Part shown: positions 35,279 through 45,800 of the stretch, one piece after another
How the letters are laid out: each line of letters starts with the position of its first letter
Position numbering within the stretch: the stretch's first letter is position 1
Origin: Elsinoe ampelina
Taxonomy: Eukaryota
Length of the DNA: 64,000 nt
Assembly (NCBI GenBank): GCA_010093995.1
Contig: ML992513.1
Span: 741,203 to 805,202 of the forward strand
Reading direction: 5' to 3'
The notes under the pieces: model-generated
Database searches by the model: none
What the model was told of the DNA's origin: nothing
What the model saw: the letters and a program-made list of their open reading frames with translations, nothing else
Made by a program: the position numbers and the translations under genes

Positions 35279-37051
35279 CACTTTCAGCAGCACAACCAGA
35301 AGAGCCGCGTGTAGCTTCTCGCGAGTCTCAAACATGGTATCCAATGCACAGCTGTTGAGGTTACTCACTTGCTCACACGTGCAAAAGGGCTGATGGCCGT
35401 ACTACGACATCCGCAATAAGTCAGGTCTTGACCAGCTCCCTGCCTGCCGAGTCCAAAGCTATGCGGCCCCGAATCCGCCCTGAACAGCTTTGAGCAAATG
35501 TGGAAGCTCTCCCATCTTAGCATGCTAATAGTTTGCCGGTCGTCCCTTCTGCCCCATCGACAACGCGCACCTGAAACTTGCCACGCAGTCGAAACATCCA
35601 GAATACTTTCGCCTTGCCACTGGTGGTCTTAGGTCTTCAGCATGGTCAGACTTACTGGGATACTCGAGATCCGAAAAGATCCAGAATCACATCCGTGCAA
35701 GGCCAAACTTCAATGGTGATCGTGACAGCGGGTTGAAGAACCCTGGTCATGGCCTTTTGGAATGTCTATTTCGAGCTTACCTTGTGCACGCCGGTGGCCG
35801 CGCATGAACTATTGTTCACTACTTGAATAGTGCTTACGACGAGTCGGTTTGAACATGAGACATTGCCGACCAGACCCTTGTAGCGGATGTTTGTTTTCCA
35901 TCTGCCGCTTGACACTGCTAGTGACTCTAGACATGCTCCGAACCGTTGCCACCACCTCGTATAGTGGCAATTCAGAGCCGGGACTATTCTCCACTTTCTG
36001 GAGTCTTCTTTGCGGCACGGGTTCAAGATCGTTAGATAAGGACAGCGGGACAAAAGCCCAATGACGGATGTCCAGTCAGTGGTGCTTCTCGCGTCGTCAG
36101 GCCAGAAGCAGGCATTCATATCTAGACGTGCGTTTCAGCATCTCAGCAAGCCACAGCTGCAACTGTGGGAAGACTCTACGAGCCCTCCAGAGGCCGAAAG
36201 GGGTCCTAGGGGACGAACGTTCGATGTGGCTGCACGGGTATCCCGACAGCAAACGGTGCCGAGATGAACGTGGCAAAGCCTTTTTTGATGATCAGCGAGG
36301 GCGGCAGCGGTATGCCCGAGCACATGCGGCGCTAAGCTATCATGTCTGAGAAGAGCCAGTTGAGAAGCAGGTGCGAAGGATTTGACACATGTGAGATGCC
36401 ATGCTAGTTACTGTAGTGGTATTCGAGAAAGAAAACCCTATCCGTGAAGGCGAAAGGGCAGTGTGCCCACACTCGGGTGATTGTCGGTTGTTTTGCTGGA
36501 CACGGTAGACGACACACAACAAACATGACACCTCCTGTCTTCTCTCCCACACTCATCTCTCTCCTCCCCTTCGTGTCCATCGTTCATCTGGACTTCATCG
36601 ATGTCTCCTTGCTCTACACGAACGGGGCACGACCTCTGTCGGTCGGCTAATCTCGTGCAAACATTGTCCAGACCGGTACACACGACCGTTCTCAACCCGC
36701 CGGGGCCTATCACCATGGCAAGACTGGCCGGGCACTGCGGGCAGACCACGGCGAGCTATGCTTAATAGCACCTTTCAACGGCGCCGGTGTCCGTGTCTTG
36801 TCGTCTCACTTGCAACACTCGCCCAGGCAAATGAGCTTTGCCTACCGACTCATCTGCCAACGTCGTCCAAAGTCGTCTCTTGCTAGGAGACGTTGCACCG
36901 AAATTGTTGTGTCAACCCGTCGGTGAGATTATCGATCAATAATGCCTCTCCCAAGCAATCTCCCAGTCCAGAGAGAGGCGGTGGATAAATATCCTCGAGC
37001 TCGTCATCCTAATTCCAGAATCATCCTACCAGCTCAGTCATTCATTCAATA

Positions 37052-37109
37052 CACTGCACAGCACAGCACAGCACAGCACAGCACTGCACAGCACAGCACA
37101 GCACAGCAC
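37052..37109. repeat. (GCACA)n pentanucleotide microsatellite, ~11 units, just upstream of the secreted protein B ATG
   Basis: Read directly; two GCACT-type variant units. Confidence 0.9.
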
Positions 37110-37152
37110 GGTCTATTCCCCTCGTTTCACTTCTAATTCACTTCCATTCACA

Positions 37153-38286
37153 ATGCATCGCTCAGTCCTCTTCGTCTTCTTCGCGCTCTTCGCGACTGCC
37201 TTCGCTGCCTTCAACCCCAAGAACTGCGGCAAGGGAGTAAAGAAGACTGATGCCGCCTTCATCAAGACAAAGTTCACCAACTCCAAGGCCTTCTGCAACT
37301 ACTACCTGAGCGAGAAGCGCACTCTCATCCCCGTCACCGGCAAGCCATTCACTGGCAACGCCAACAGCGCTGCTCTCATCAAGCGCTTCTCCAACGCTTG
37401 CGAGTGTATCTCCAAGAAGAAGCAGTCCACCAAGAAGCAGGCTTCGATCAAGCGCCCCGGTGCCGCCCCGGTCTGCAACAAGGCCCAGCAGAAGACTCTC
37501 GCCGGCCTCGTCAAGAACCCAGCACCTTTCTGCAAGCAGTGGCGTACTTCCACCTGGAGGCCCGCTTCCCAGGCTCCTTTCGGCAAGACCTTGAACGTCC
37601 GCCAGATCTACAACGCCTGCAAGTGTGTCCTCGACCCTGTCAAGACCTCCTCGACCAAGAAGACCTCAGCAAAGACCTCAGCAAAGACCTCCGCAAAGAC
37701 CTCCGCTGTGACCTCCGCTGTCGCCACCTCTGCCGCTACCTCTGCCGCAACCTCTGCCGCCTCTGTCGCTACCTCCGCTGCTTCCTCCGCGACCACCTCG
37801 GCTGCCGGCTCCGTCACTGTCCTCCCAGTCGCTACCAGCTCTGCCACCACCACCAGCGCTGTCTCGACCACCTCTGGCATTGATCTCATCAGCACCACCT
37901 CCGCCTCGGCTGTCTCCACCTCGACCATCACCTCTGCCGTCAGCTCTTCCACCGCCTCTCCCGTCAGCTCTTCCACCTCCGAAGTCAGCTCTTCCACCAC
38001 CTCTGCCGCCAGCTCTTCCACCACCTCTGCCGTCAGCTCTTCCACCACCTCCGAAGTCAGCTCTTCCACCACCTCTGCCGCCAGCTCTACCACCACCTCC
38101 GACGTCAGCTCTACCACAACCTCTGCCACCACCACCACCACTGAGGCCTCATCCACCACCTCTTCCCAGACCGCCACTGCCTCCCCATCCAACGTCGGCG
38201 GTGGCTCCACCAAGAAGAAGATGGCCATGCGCCTCCGTGGCCGCCAGTACTCCAACGCTGGCGCCGGCAAGGTCGACCTCGAGTAA
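37153..38286 (+). CDS. Secreted protein B: two Cys4 Lys-rich repeats plus a Ser/Thr/Ala tandem-repeat tail; paralog of 15956..16939
   Basis: Signal peptide MHRSVLFVFFALFATAFA. FCNYY..ACEC and FCKQW..ACKC. Tail with KTSA repeats and SSSTTS[AE][AV] 24-bp repeats. Strong C-ending codon bias. Confidence 0.9.
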   Translation: MHRSVLFVFFALFATAFAAFNPKNCGKGVKKTDAAFIKTKFTNSKAFCNYYLSEKRTLIPVTGKPFTGNANSAALIKRFSNACECISKKKQSTKKQASIKRPGAAPVCNKAQQKTLAGLVKNPAPFCKQWRTSTWRPASQAPFGKTLNVRQIYNACKCVLDPVKTSSTKKTSAKTSAKTSAKTSAVTSAVATSAATSAATSAASVATSAASSATTSAAGSVTVLPVATSSATTTSAVSTTSGIDLISTTSASAVSTSTITSAVSSSTASPVSSSTSEVSSSTTSAASSSTTSAVSSSTTSEVSSSTTSAASSTTTSDVSSTTTSATTTTTEASSTTSSQTATASPSNVGGGSTKKKMAMRLRGRQYSNAGAGKVDLE

Positions 38287-39691
38287 GCGCCAGCTTGTTT
38301 CGACACGACATTGGGAATATGGCTTTGATGCGATCCAAAAAGAACTTGCAATGGATGCGGTGACTTCGAGTGTGAGTGTGCGGTTTGGGATCATTTGGGT
38401 TTTACTACACTGCGGGATCTTGTCCACCATTGGCTTTTCATAGCTTCTAATAATTACCTCTTCTCACTGAACCTCTTCTTTCCTCCCCTACATCATAAGG
38501 GGGTCAGAATCAGAGCTTCACCTTTTTGGCATACATATCACACATAGACGGCTTGCTGAATGCAACTAATAATGACTCTACCACTTTCCCCATCTTCTCA
38601 TTTCATGTCCGTGACTTTTCTCGTCCAAGCACTGAAGTCGTCCTCATGTCTCAGACCCTCTCAATCAATTTCGCCCTTCACATGCTTGCCAAAACTTCCC
38701 TGTTTACCCCAACAAACAATCGTTGGCCTCGTTTTACGCCACGCAATCTCGTCCAAACGGTCGACTATTTGTTCGGGCGCCGCGAGGCTTCCGTAACGGT
38801 CGAGGGCCAACCAGGCGGATAGCAGGCTTGGTGGTGGACTATTGGAAGTAAGCCGCGTGGTGGGATAGCGTGGAAGGTGAAGAGATGATTGGATGTCTTG
38901 AGGATCGGGTTTTGAGCATGAGAGGCAGGTGGAGGAACCTTCGGGACAGATCAAGTAGTTCTCAACACCAGAACTACCAGGACAGATCAAGCAGTACGCA
39001 TGACGATCCTCCAAGGACATCCTAGTGGCATAGTCCCCTCGGTATAGCAGTATCTATAGAAATCCGGTGGTATAGCGAAGGATCATACTACCGGCTTCAT
39101 GATGCATTAGCCGAATTATCAATATATGGGCAAGTCACAGAAGGGGCCTGTTATGAAGCTGATAGTGCGAGACTTCACCGAACTTGACGCGTTTGCGGAT
39201 GAGGAATCAACGACGCATTGTCGCGGAATGATACATGCATGAATAGATGCGGCTCATCCTCATCAAAATAAAGATCCAAGTTTCGATGCATGAATTATGG
39301 CTTGGGGAGGATGCATGCGCTCAAATGCTTTTTCTGACATTTTGTCCACGAAGCTCCACCGATTCCGTTATTCTTCTGTGCTGACAACCGCGCCACAAGT
39401 AAAGACTCATTATAAATTAGCAGAACGAAGTCGGAGTCTGCTGAAACACCCAATAAAGTCTGTGAGAGGCTTTTACTGACATGCTAGGACATCGACAAGA
39501 GTCAAGGTGTTCATATCACGCCCACCGCATCATATGACATTCACATGGATCACCCGGCCCAGGTATTCACGGGTCAAGCACGAGTGTCGAGTCAAATATT
39601 ATTGCTACGATACACACGATTCAATCCGTGGACACCGTCTTCCTTCCCCTCGTTGTGACCCAATGCTGCAGTCCCCACCAAGACCAATCGC

Positions 39692-40426
39692 TCAGTGCTC
39701 TGTAAGCAACAGTGTAATTCCAGGCCCACCGTCCCTCGCGCCGACTAGCATTCTTGCCCCGTGTCGAGACGTGGGAAAGTTGACATCAAAGGCGCCTCTT
39801 CTGCTCCTACGAGGACTACGAGGTTCCTGAATGGTGACTGATCGCGGCCGCGGATGGCCTGATCCTGGTACATGCTGTGTTCCGACGACGGAGCTGCTGG
39901 CATCATTGTACGTCATGGCCCTGGGCGGCTCATAAGGCCGATCCAGGGGTCGACCGTCCTTGGGAGTTTGCTCTCCCTGTGTGCCTTGGCCGTCGGTACC
40001 CGCTGGGCCAAGCATCCTGTCGCACTTTGGCCAGGGAAAGCAGCCGCATACATAGCCTGCTAGGTTCTTCGCGCCATCCGTGAGGTTTGCCACACTGGTC
40101 GGTGACGCGGCAGGACGAGTCCCGGGATTATCTTCGGATTCGACCTCGGGCTCATGTGCTTCTTGACTTGCAGTCTCCGGAACCCGAAGGCGACGCGTTG
40201 GCCTGGGTGACTTGGACCGGAGGAGCGTCTCCAATGGAATGCTTCTGGGTTCTCTACCACGACTTCCGTAAAGTTGATCGAGCGGCCTTCCAGACGAGAC
40301 TAGTGGAGCTGACCGGTCGAAGTGATGACATGGTCCGTCGTGAGCGTCGCTAAATAGTGGGCCGAATCGCTCTTGAAGCACGTGGTTGAAGGCAGCCTCC
40401 TCAGCCTGGGCTTGAGCTGTGTCCAT
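39692..40426 (-). CDS. Hypothetical protein (Pro/Arg/Ser-rich, no recognisable domain)
   Basis: Long open frame only; ATG at 40426 (MDTAQAQAEE). Confidence 0.3.
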   Translation of the reverse strand: MDTAQAQAEEAAFNHVLQERFGPLFSDAHDGPCHHFDRSAPLVSSGRPLDQLYGSRGREPRSIPLETLLRSKSPRPTRRLRVPETASQEAHEPEVESEDNPGTRPAASPTSVANLTDGAKNLAGYVCGCFPWPKCDRMLGPAGTDGQGTQGEQTPKDGRPLDRPYEPPRAMTYNDASSSVVGTQHVPGSGHPRPRSVTIQEPRSPRRSRRGAFDVNFPTSRHGARMLVGARDGGPGITLLLTEH

Positions 40427-40944
40427 CGTGAGAATTGTATGCGTAAGGTGATCTCGCTTCTCAAGTGGTGATAGAGGGATGCGATGCGGACGGTAGCTGC
40501 GAAGGGGTTGGACCGAGAGAACTTTGTGTCGTTTCATCTTCTCCACGACTATATAGGTGTCCAGCATCTGAGTTCATTACTCCGGCGGAAAAGCAAGCGC
40601 AATCAAGATTTGCAGCAGAAGAAGTGTTGGAATAATGAAGCCAACCTTGTGAAGCTACTCGCCTCTGGACTTACTGCAGTACGATCTACCTGTACATCGA
40701 CGTGCCTGGCATTGCATGCGTCTTCCGCTCTCGCGGGTGTGTTCTGTTCTACACGTTCTCTCCAGCTGTGTCTGGCTAAAGAGCACCGCACTTGGTGTTT
40801 GCCGATATCCGAGGCCGTAGCCATTTCTGTGAGCTCGCTGGCAACAAGGACATGCCAAAGGATGGTGTCGTTCCTTCGAAGGGTCTTGTCAGGATCGCAT
40901 CGAAGCCTCAACCATCGGACGTAGCCGCAATGGCGATGAGAAAC

Positions 40945-41640
40945 TCATTCCAAGTCGTCCACACCAATACCTTGCACTGCTTCCACTCCCTCCAGACCAC
41001 TCGCGAACTCTTCCACAAACACACCTGTGACCTCGTCGACCCCTGCTTCCGCACCCTGCTCCTTCAAACTTGTCGTCCTCTTCCCCTCCAGACCACATGC
41101 CACGATCCTGTCGAACCATGCCGAATCTGTGCTCACATTCAGCCCAACGCCGTGACTGCTCACGTTGCGTCTCAAATGTATGCCCAACGCAGCAATCTTC
41201 TCCTCCTCATTCACCCATACACCGGGATTCTCCGTCGTCCTTGTCTCCACGCCGTACCGCTTGCATACTCGTATCAGGCTCTTCTCGAGCAGACAGACAT
41301 AGCTCCGGGGTGTCAATCCGTGCCTCTTCAGGTCGATGACGGGGTATGCGACGAGCTGTCCTGGACCGTGGAAGGTCGTCTGTCCGCCTCTGAGCGCTTC
41401 GTGGAACTCGGCGCCGCCTTCGCGCAGGTATTTCTGCTGATCGGCTGTGACAGATCCGACGTCGCGTCGTCCGCAGGTGTAAACCGCGTGGAACTGAGCG
41501 GTGATCAATGTTGGAGGAGGCGCTGCCAGCGAAGTAGGCGACTTCTTGTGTGCAAGTGCAGTAGCAACGAGGCGATCTTGTAGCGCGCTGGCATTGGCAT
41601 AGGAGGTGAGGCCGGGAAGGCGGACGTGCCGGAGGATCAT
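40945..41640 (-). CDS. LIP2: Octanoyltransferase (lipoate-protein ligase B)
   Basis: RGGQTTFHGPGQLVAYP, KIAALG, SHGVGLN, IVACGL. ATG at 41640. Confidence 0.92.
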   Translation of the reverse strand: MILRHVRLPGLTSYANASALQDRLVATALAHKKSPTSLAAPPPTLITAQFHAVYTCGRRDVGSVTADQQKYLREGGAEFHEALRGGQTTFHGPGQLVAYPVIDLKRHGLTPRSYVCLLEKSLIRVCKRYGVETRTTENPGVWVNEEEKIAALGIHLRRNVSSHGVGLNVSTDSAWFDRIVACGLEGKRTTSLKEQGAEAGVDEVTGVFVEEFASGLEGVEAVQGIGVDDLE

Positions 41641-41849
41641 GAATTGAGAATGCGCTGCTGTTGACGTGAATGCGAGGGTGAAGACGGCAAGATTGTCGAT
41701 ATATCGGATCGTGGTGGGGTCATCGAGTTCAAGCTTCTTCACCCGATCTTTGATTTCCCGTGACCTCGCAGCTTCCACACTACAACCACGTTCTTCAACC
41801 ATGAAATCCCAATAACAGGCAATCCTGACCGCTGTCGAGTCTGTCCAGC

Positions 41850-42548
41850 ATGGGCATCAAACGTAAACGCGACCCTCCCACCACCGCCGGTCCCTCCGAC
41901 CAACTTCCCTCACCCCCTACCACTACTACCACCAACAATCCCACCTCACCTCCCGTGTCCAAACCCTCCCACTCGCACCCAAAGGACCAACCGACCAAAC
42001 TGCCCCCTCTCCCCACCGGCTACCGCACAACCAAACGCCCACTCCTCCGCCCCCCTCTCCCCTCGCCCTACTCCTCGTCTCAAAAAATAGTCTACGTCTC
42101 CCCCTCCACGCCCTTCATGTCAGCCACCAAACGAGTCGTCAAACTCCTCGACAAAGCCGACAAACGAGCCACGCAGTCCGCGCTAGACACGGTGAGGAAG
42201 AGGAGCCGGGATCACCGCTTCCAGAAAGGGAGGGCCCAGGCGCAGGAGGATCACGCGGGGCAAGGGGAGTTGGATGAGGCGGCGAGGAAAGCAGGGGAGG
42301 AGGAAGGAGGGGAAGTGGTGGTCAAGGGGACAGGGAGGGCGATCGAAAAGGCGCTTGGGGTGGGGAGTTGGTTTCAACAGAGGGACGGGTATAAAGTGAG
42401 GATCAAGACGGGGAGTATTGGGGCCGTGGACGATGTTGTGGAGACGGAGGAAGCGCTGGCGAACGAGAATGGAGCGGATGGGGAGGAGGTCCCGAGTGCG
42501 AGGATGAGGTGGGCGAGCACGGTGGAGGTGGTGATCACAAGGGTCTGA
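41850..42548 (+). CDS. POP7: RNase P/MRP subunit Pop7/Rpp20
   Basis: VYVSPSTPFMSATKRV.KLL, VVVKGTGRAIEKAL, VRIKTGS...VDD, STVEV.I. Confidence 0.85.
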   Translation: MGIKRKRDPPTTAGPSDQLPSPPTTTTTNNPTSPPVSKPSHSHPKDQPTKLPPLPTGYRTTKRPLLRPPLPSPYSSSQKIVYVSPSTPFMSATKRVVKLLDKADKRATQSALDTVRKRSRDHRFQKGRAQAQEDHAGQGELDEAARKAGEEEGGEVVVKGTGRAIEKALGVGSWFQQRDGYKVRIKTGSIGAVDDVVETEEALANENGADGEEVPSARMRWASTVEVVITRV

Positions 42549-42812
42549 CAGGCGCGAAAGAGGATATGCATGATACCCATACAGCGTTTGCTTCTTAAAA
42601 TGAATTGCGTTGAAACTGGTCTCTATAGAATTCGTACATCATCTAACACGTCGCTATGCAGTACAATGATTCGTCATATCCTCGTCTCCATCCTCTACAC
42701 GCCCGCTATGGTGACAGGAAAAACCGTTGTCGAGAATATTGTATCCATCAATAGTGTGAACAAAATAAAACATGTCTTCAAGGAACAGAAGCTATACACA
42801 AAATGTAGGTGA

Positions 42813-45800
42813 TCATAGCACCTTGCGAGCTGCAAACAGTTGCAAGCTGAGACTGGTATCGTTGCTGCCCATATTCGGGGTTGGGTCTTGCATCAACTCC
42901 CATTTGCGGAGGTGGAAGGGGTTGTATTTCATTTCAGTCGATACTGGACCAGGTGTCCGGATCTGAGCAGAGAGGGGCTGGCCGCCCGGAGAAGGAAGAG
43001 GTGTCGAAGTGTTTGATGCACTGCCGCCGAATGCCCTGGGTGATGGCATAGACTGCTGACCTTGCCGAGCAAGAGACTGGAAGGACGACTGGATCGGAGT
43101 TGGAGAACTGGTAGACGAAGGCTGCACCGGTACTCGCGAAGCAAGCGCAAGCCATTGGATCCTGGATTCCTCAATGCCCAACATGAAGCGAGTGCTCGCA
43201 TTTTGTCGTGTCGACTCGTCCAGTCTATGATAGATTGACGAGCGTTGATCTGTTGATAGGGACCGGCAGAGGAGCGCGCAGCAGTCGTGCAGCATTTCTT
43301 GAACTTCTTGGTGCATTTGTAAGTCGCCGCGGACCATTAGTGTACACAGTGACCCGAGCAGCTTTTGTGTCGTGGGTGATGTTGACTTGTCTGCAGACAT
43401 GGACGAGGCGGCGAGGATAGTGAAGCGGGTGAGGCTGGCGATGCTGTGAAAAATTAGACACGAAGACGTGAACAAGCCTTCGCGAGTGACTTGCCTTTCT
43501 AGAGCCCGATCGCCAACGGTACCTCTTCCCTTGGCCTCATCCAACCTCTCTGACGACTGCTGCAAAAGATCGACCACTCTGTCCATGACATGGATGCTTG
43601 ACTCATCATTGTTGCTCGATGTGATAGCTGCGACCTTGAGATTTTCCGCAATAGTTGAAGATGCAGAACTCGTCGGGGAATCGCCTAGAAGGTCGGCCAC
43701 GGCACTTAGTATCGCATCCGACGAGTGTTGGTGAAGACTCTTGGCGACCTCAGAGCCTGCTCCATCCATGAGTTGCGGCCAGGTCACACTGTGGTCGGCA
43801 ATCGCAGTCTCGAACGCCCGTCGTAACTTATCTTGCTGCTCCAAGCTGGCATTCGTACCTCCGACTTGCCCAATGAGCAGTCTGACGAAGGGTAGTCGTA
43901 ACTCATCCGATCCTCTTATCATCGTCACCAGACCGGCCGTATCGTCTTGATCCGTTGTCGTGGAAGGCGAAACACTGACGGCCCCGCGTGCCATCATCCA
44001 CACCAATTTCGTAACTCTTGGTCCTTTGGGAGCTGCAACTCGCTCATGTACATGCAATGCATCGGCGACCGCAGCAGAGTCATTGACGCAGCACGTAGAC
44101 AGCCAAGCTACTGCAGGACTTGTAAAGAGGCAATTGTTGGCGTCATTCAACATGGAAAGACCATGCCATACAAAGCGTAGCATCGTCTTGTATTGTTCTT
44201 TGCACACAGTGATCTGTGCGATCTGAAACCGGTATATTTCGGGACTAATCTTCTGATGGTCAAGATCGGTGAGCGGCAAGAATGTTTGTAGTGTCCCTGC
44301 GGCAAATCTTGCCAGCTGAGGAGCGTTGTTGGACTCCAGCATGTCAAGACGCTTGACAAAGGCGTTCAGGGCGTTGCCTGGGTTCAAGCATCCAGAGCTA
44401 ATAAGAGCAATGAGAATGGCGCGAACTTGGTCTGTACCGGCGTTGGCCACGAGCTTTCCGAGAAGATTGTTCATGTGGCGGTCAAACACTGTTGTGTCGA
44501 AGAGGCGAAGAGAAGCGAACCAGCGGCATGGACTCGCGAGGGAAGCCGAGCCAGATACAGTCCACTTCACGGTCCTCTCCACAATGGCCGAGAAAAGTCG
44601 AGCGAGTAGCTGTTCATCCATCATGTTTCCACTTGCCAATGTACGATCAATGTCTTCATCAGAGGCTATATCACCCGACTGTACAGTCAACATGCTGTCC
44701 GACGCTGGAGAGCAGACTGCTGCAGCATGTTGCTGCTCACAGATGATCAGATCCTGCTCCAGCGAAGGGCCCTGTGTAGCCAGCCTCGGTTGTGCACGAG
44801 ACAGGTCCAGAAGTGAGCAGATGAAGATCTTGTCGTACTGGTTCAAGTGTCTCAGTCTTGCATGAACACGGTGGAGGAGAACGGTCAATTCCTGCAGTAC
44901 ACCCATGGCGTCAAAGACATCCATATGTCTCTGGAGGGTGGCGGCATAGTTGGCCACGTCTTGGTGCTTGGCGTGTAGAATGAGCGTGCGAAGAACTTGA
45001 TAGAGTGATGGATAGTCAGCTGCACACTCCATCAAAACCCGAGCTGCCAAGAACGTTGCGATAGGTGTTGAGCGCCTCTCGTTGTGCTGCTCTATGAGGA
45101 TGGCGGCGAGCCTGCGTGACACAGCAAGTCGATCGCTGCTCGAGGCAGCCATAATTTCCGTCGTGAGGTCGGTCCATCTTTCTTGTGACAAATCTGATTC
45201 GAGGATTTCTCCTACTATTCCTTCGAGCGGTGGGAGAGACACAGACTGGTCATTTCGTTGACCGAGCCGACTAAGGATCGCGCGGCGTAGGCTCAGACTC
45301 TGGGTGCCCAGCTGAGACGAAGGTACACTGTGCAGTAGTGAAGCATGCGTTTTGTCGGTGGTGGACACATGGCCGCTCGAAATGAGCCATTGGAGGTATT
45401 TCCCAAAATTGAAGTGTCGCGATGAGACAAGCTCAACCACCACTGCATCGAACATGCTCCGATCTCTTGCCCCACCAGAAGAGGACTCAAGGCAGGAGAG
45501 CACAGGCTCTTCCAAACTCGTACCTGTGTTGGCGAGTTGACGCAGCAAGCGCACGGCCAAGTAGATTCTCGACCGACCGACGCGATGGACTGTAGACGCC
45601 CAATCGACAATTGCGGTAACCAACATCTCAGCATCGTTGCACAAACTCTGACAAGTACGGAGAATTGCATCGATAGGAGTTCCAATAGCTATCTGATCGA
45701 GGTGGTCGAAGACCTGTAATCGTGGAGTCTTGAGACGTGCTCGGGTTTGGTCGGACGAGACATTCAGGTGATCGTTCCGTGTAGCTATGCTTTGTAATCG

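Noticed and set aside
35530..35810. ~90-codon open frame after a possible splice acceptor
   Set aside because: No start exon or homology identifiable.
38661..39020. Small ORF with a duplicated YxLICP.GSS motif
   Set aside because: Arises from a short 12-bp duplication; no signal peptide or known domain.
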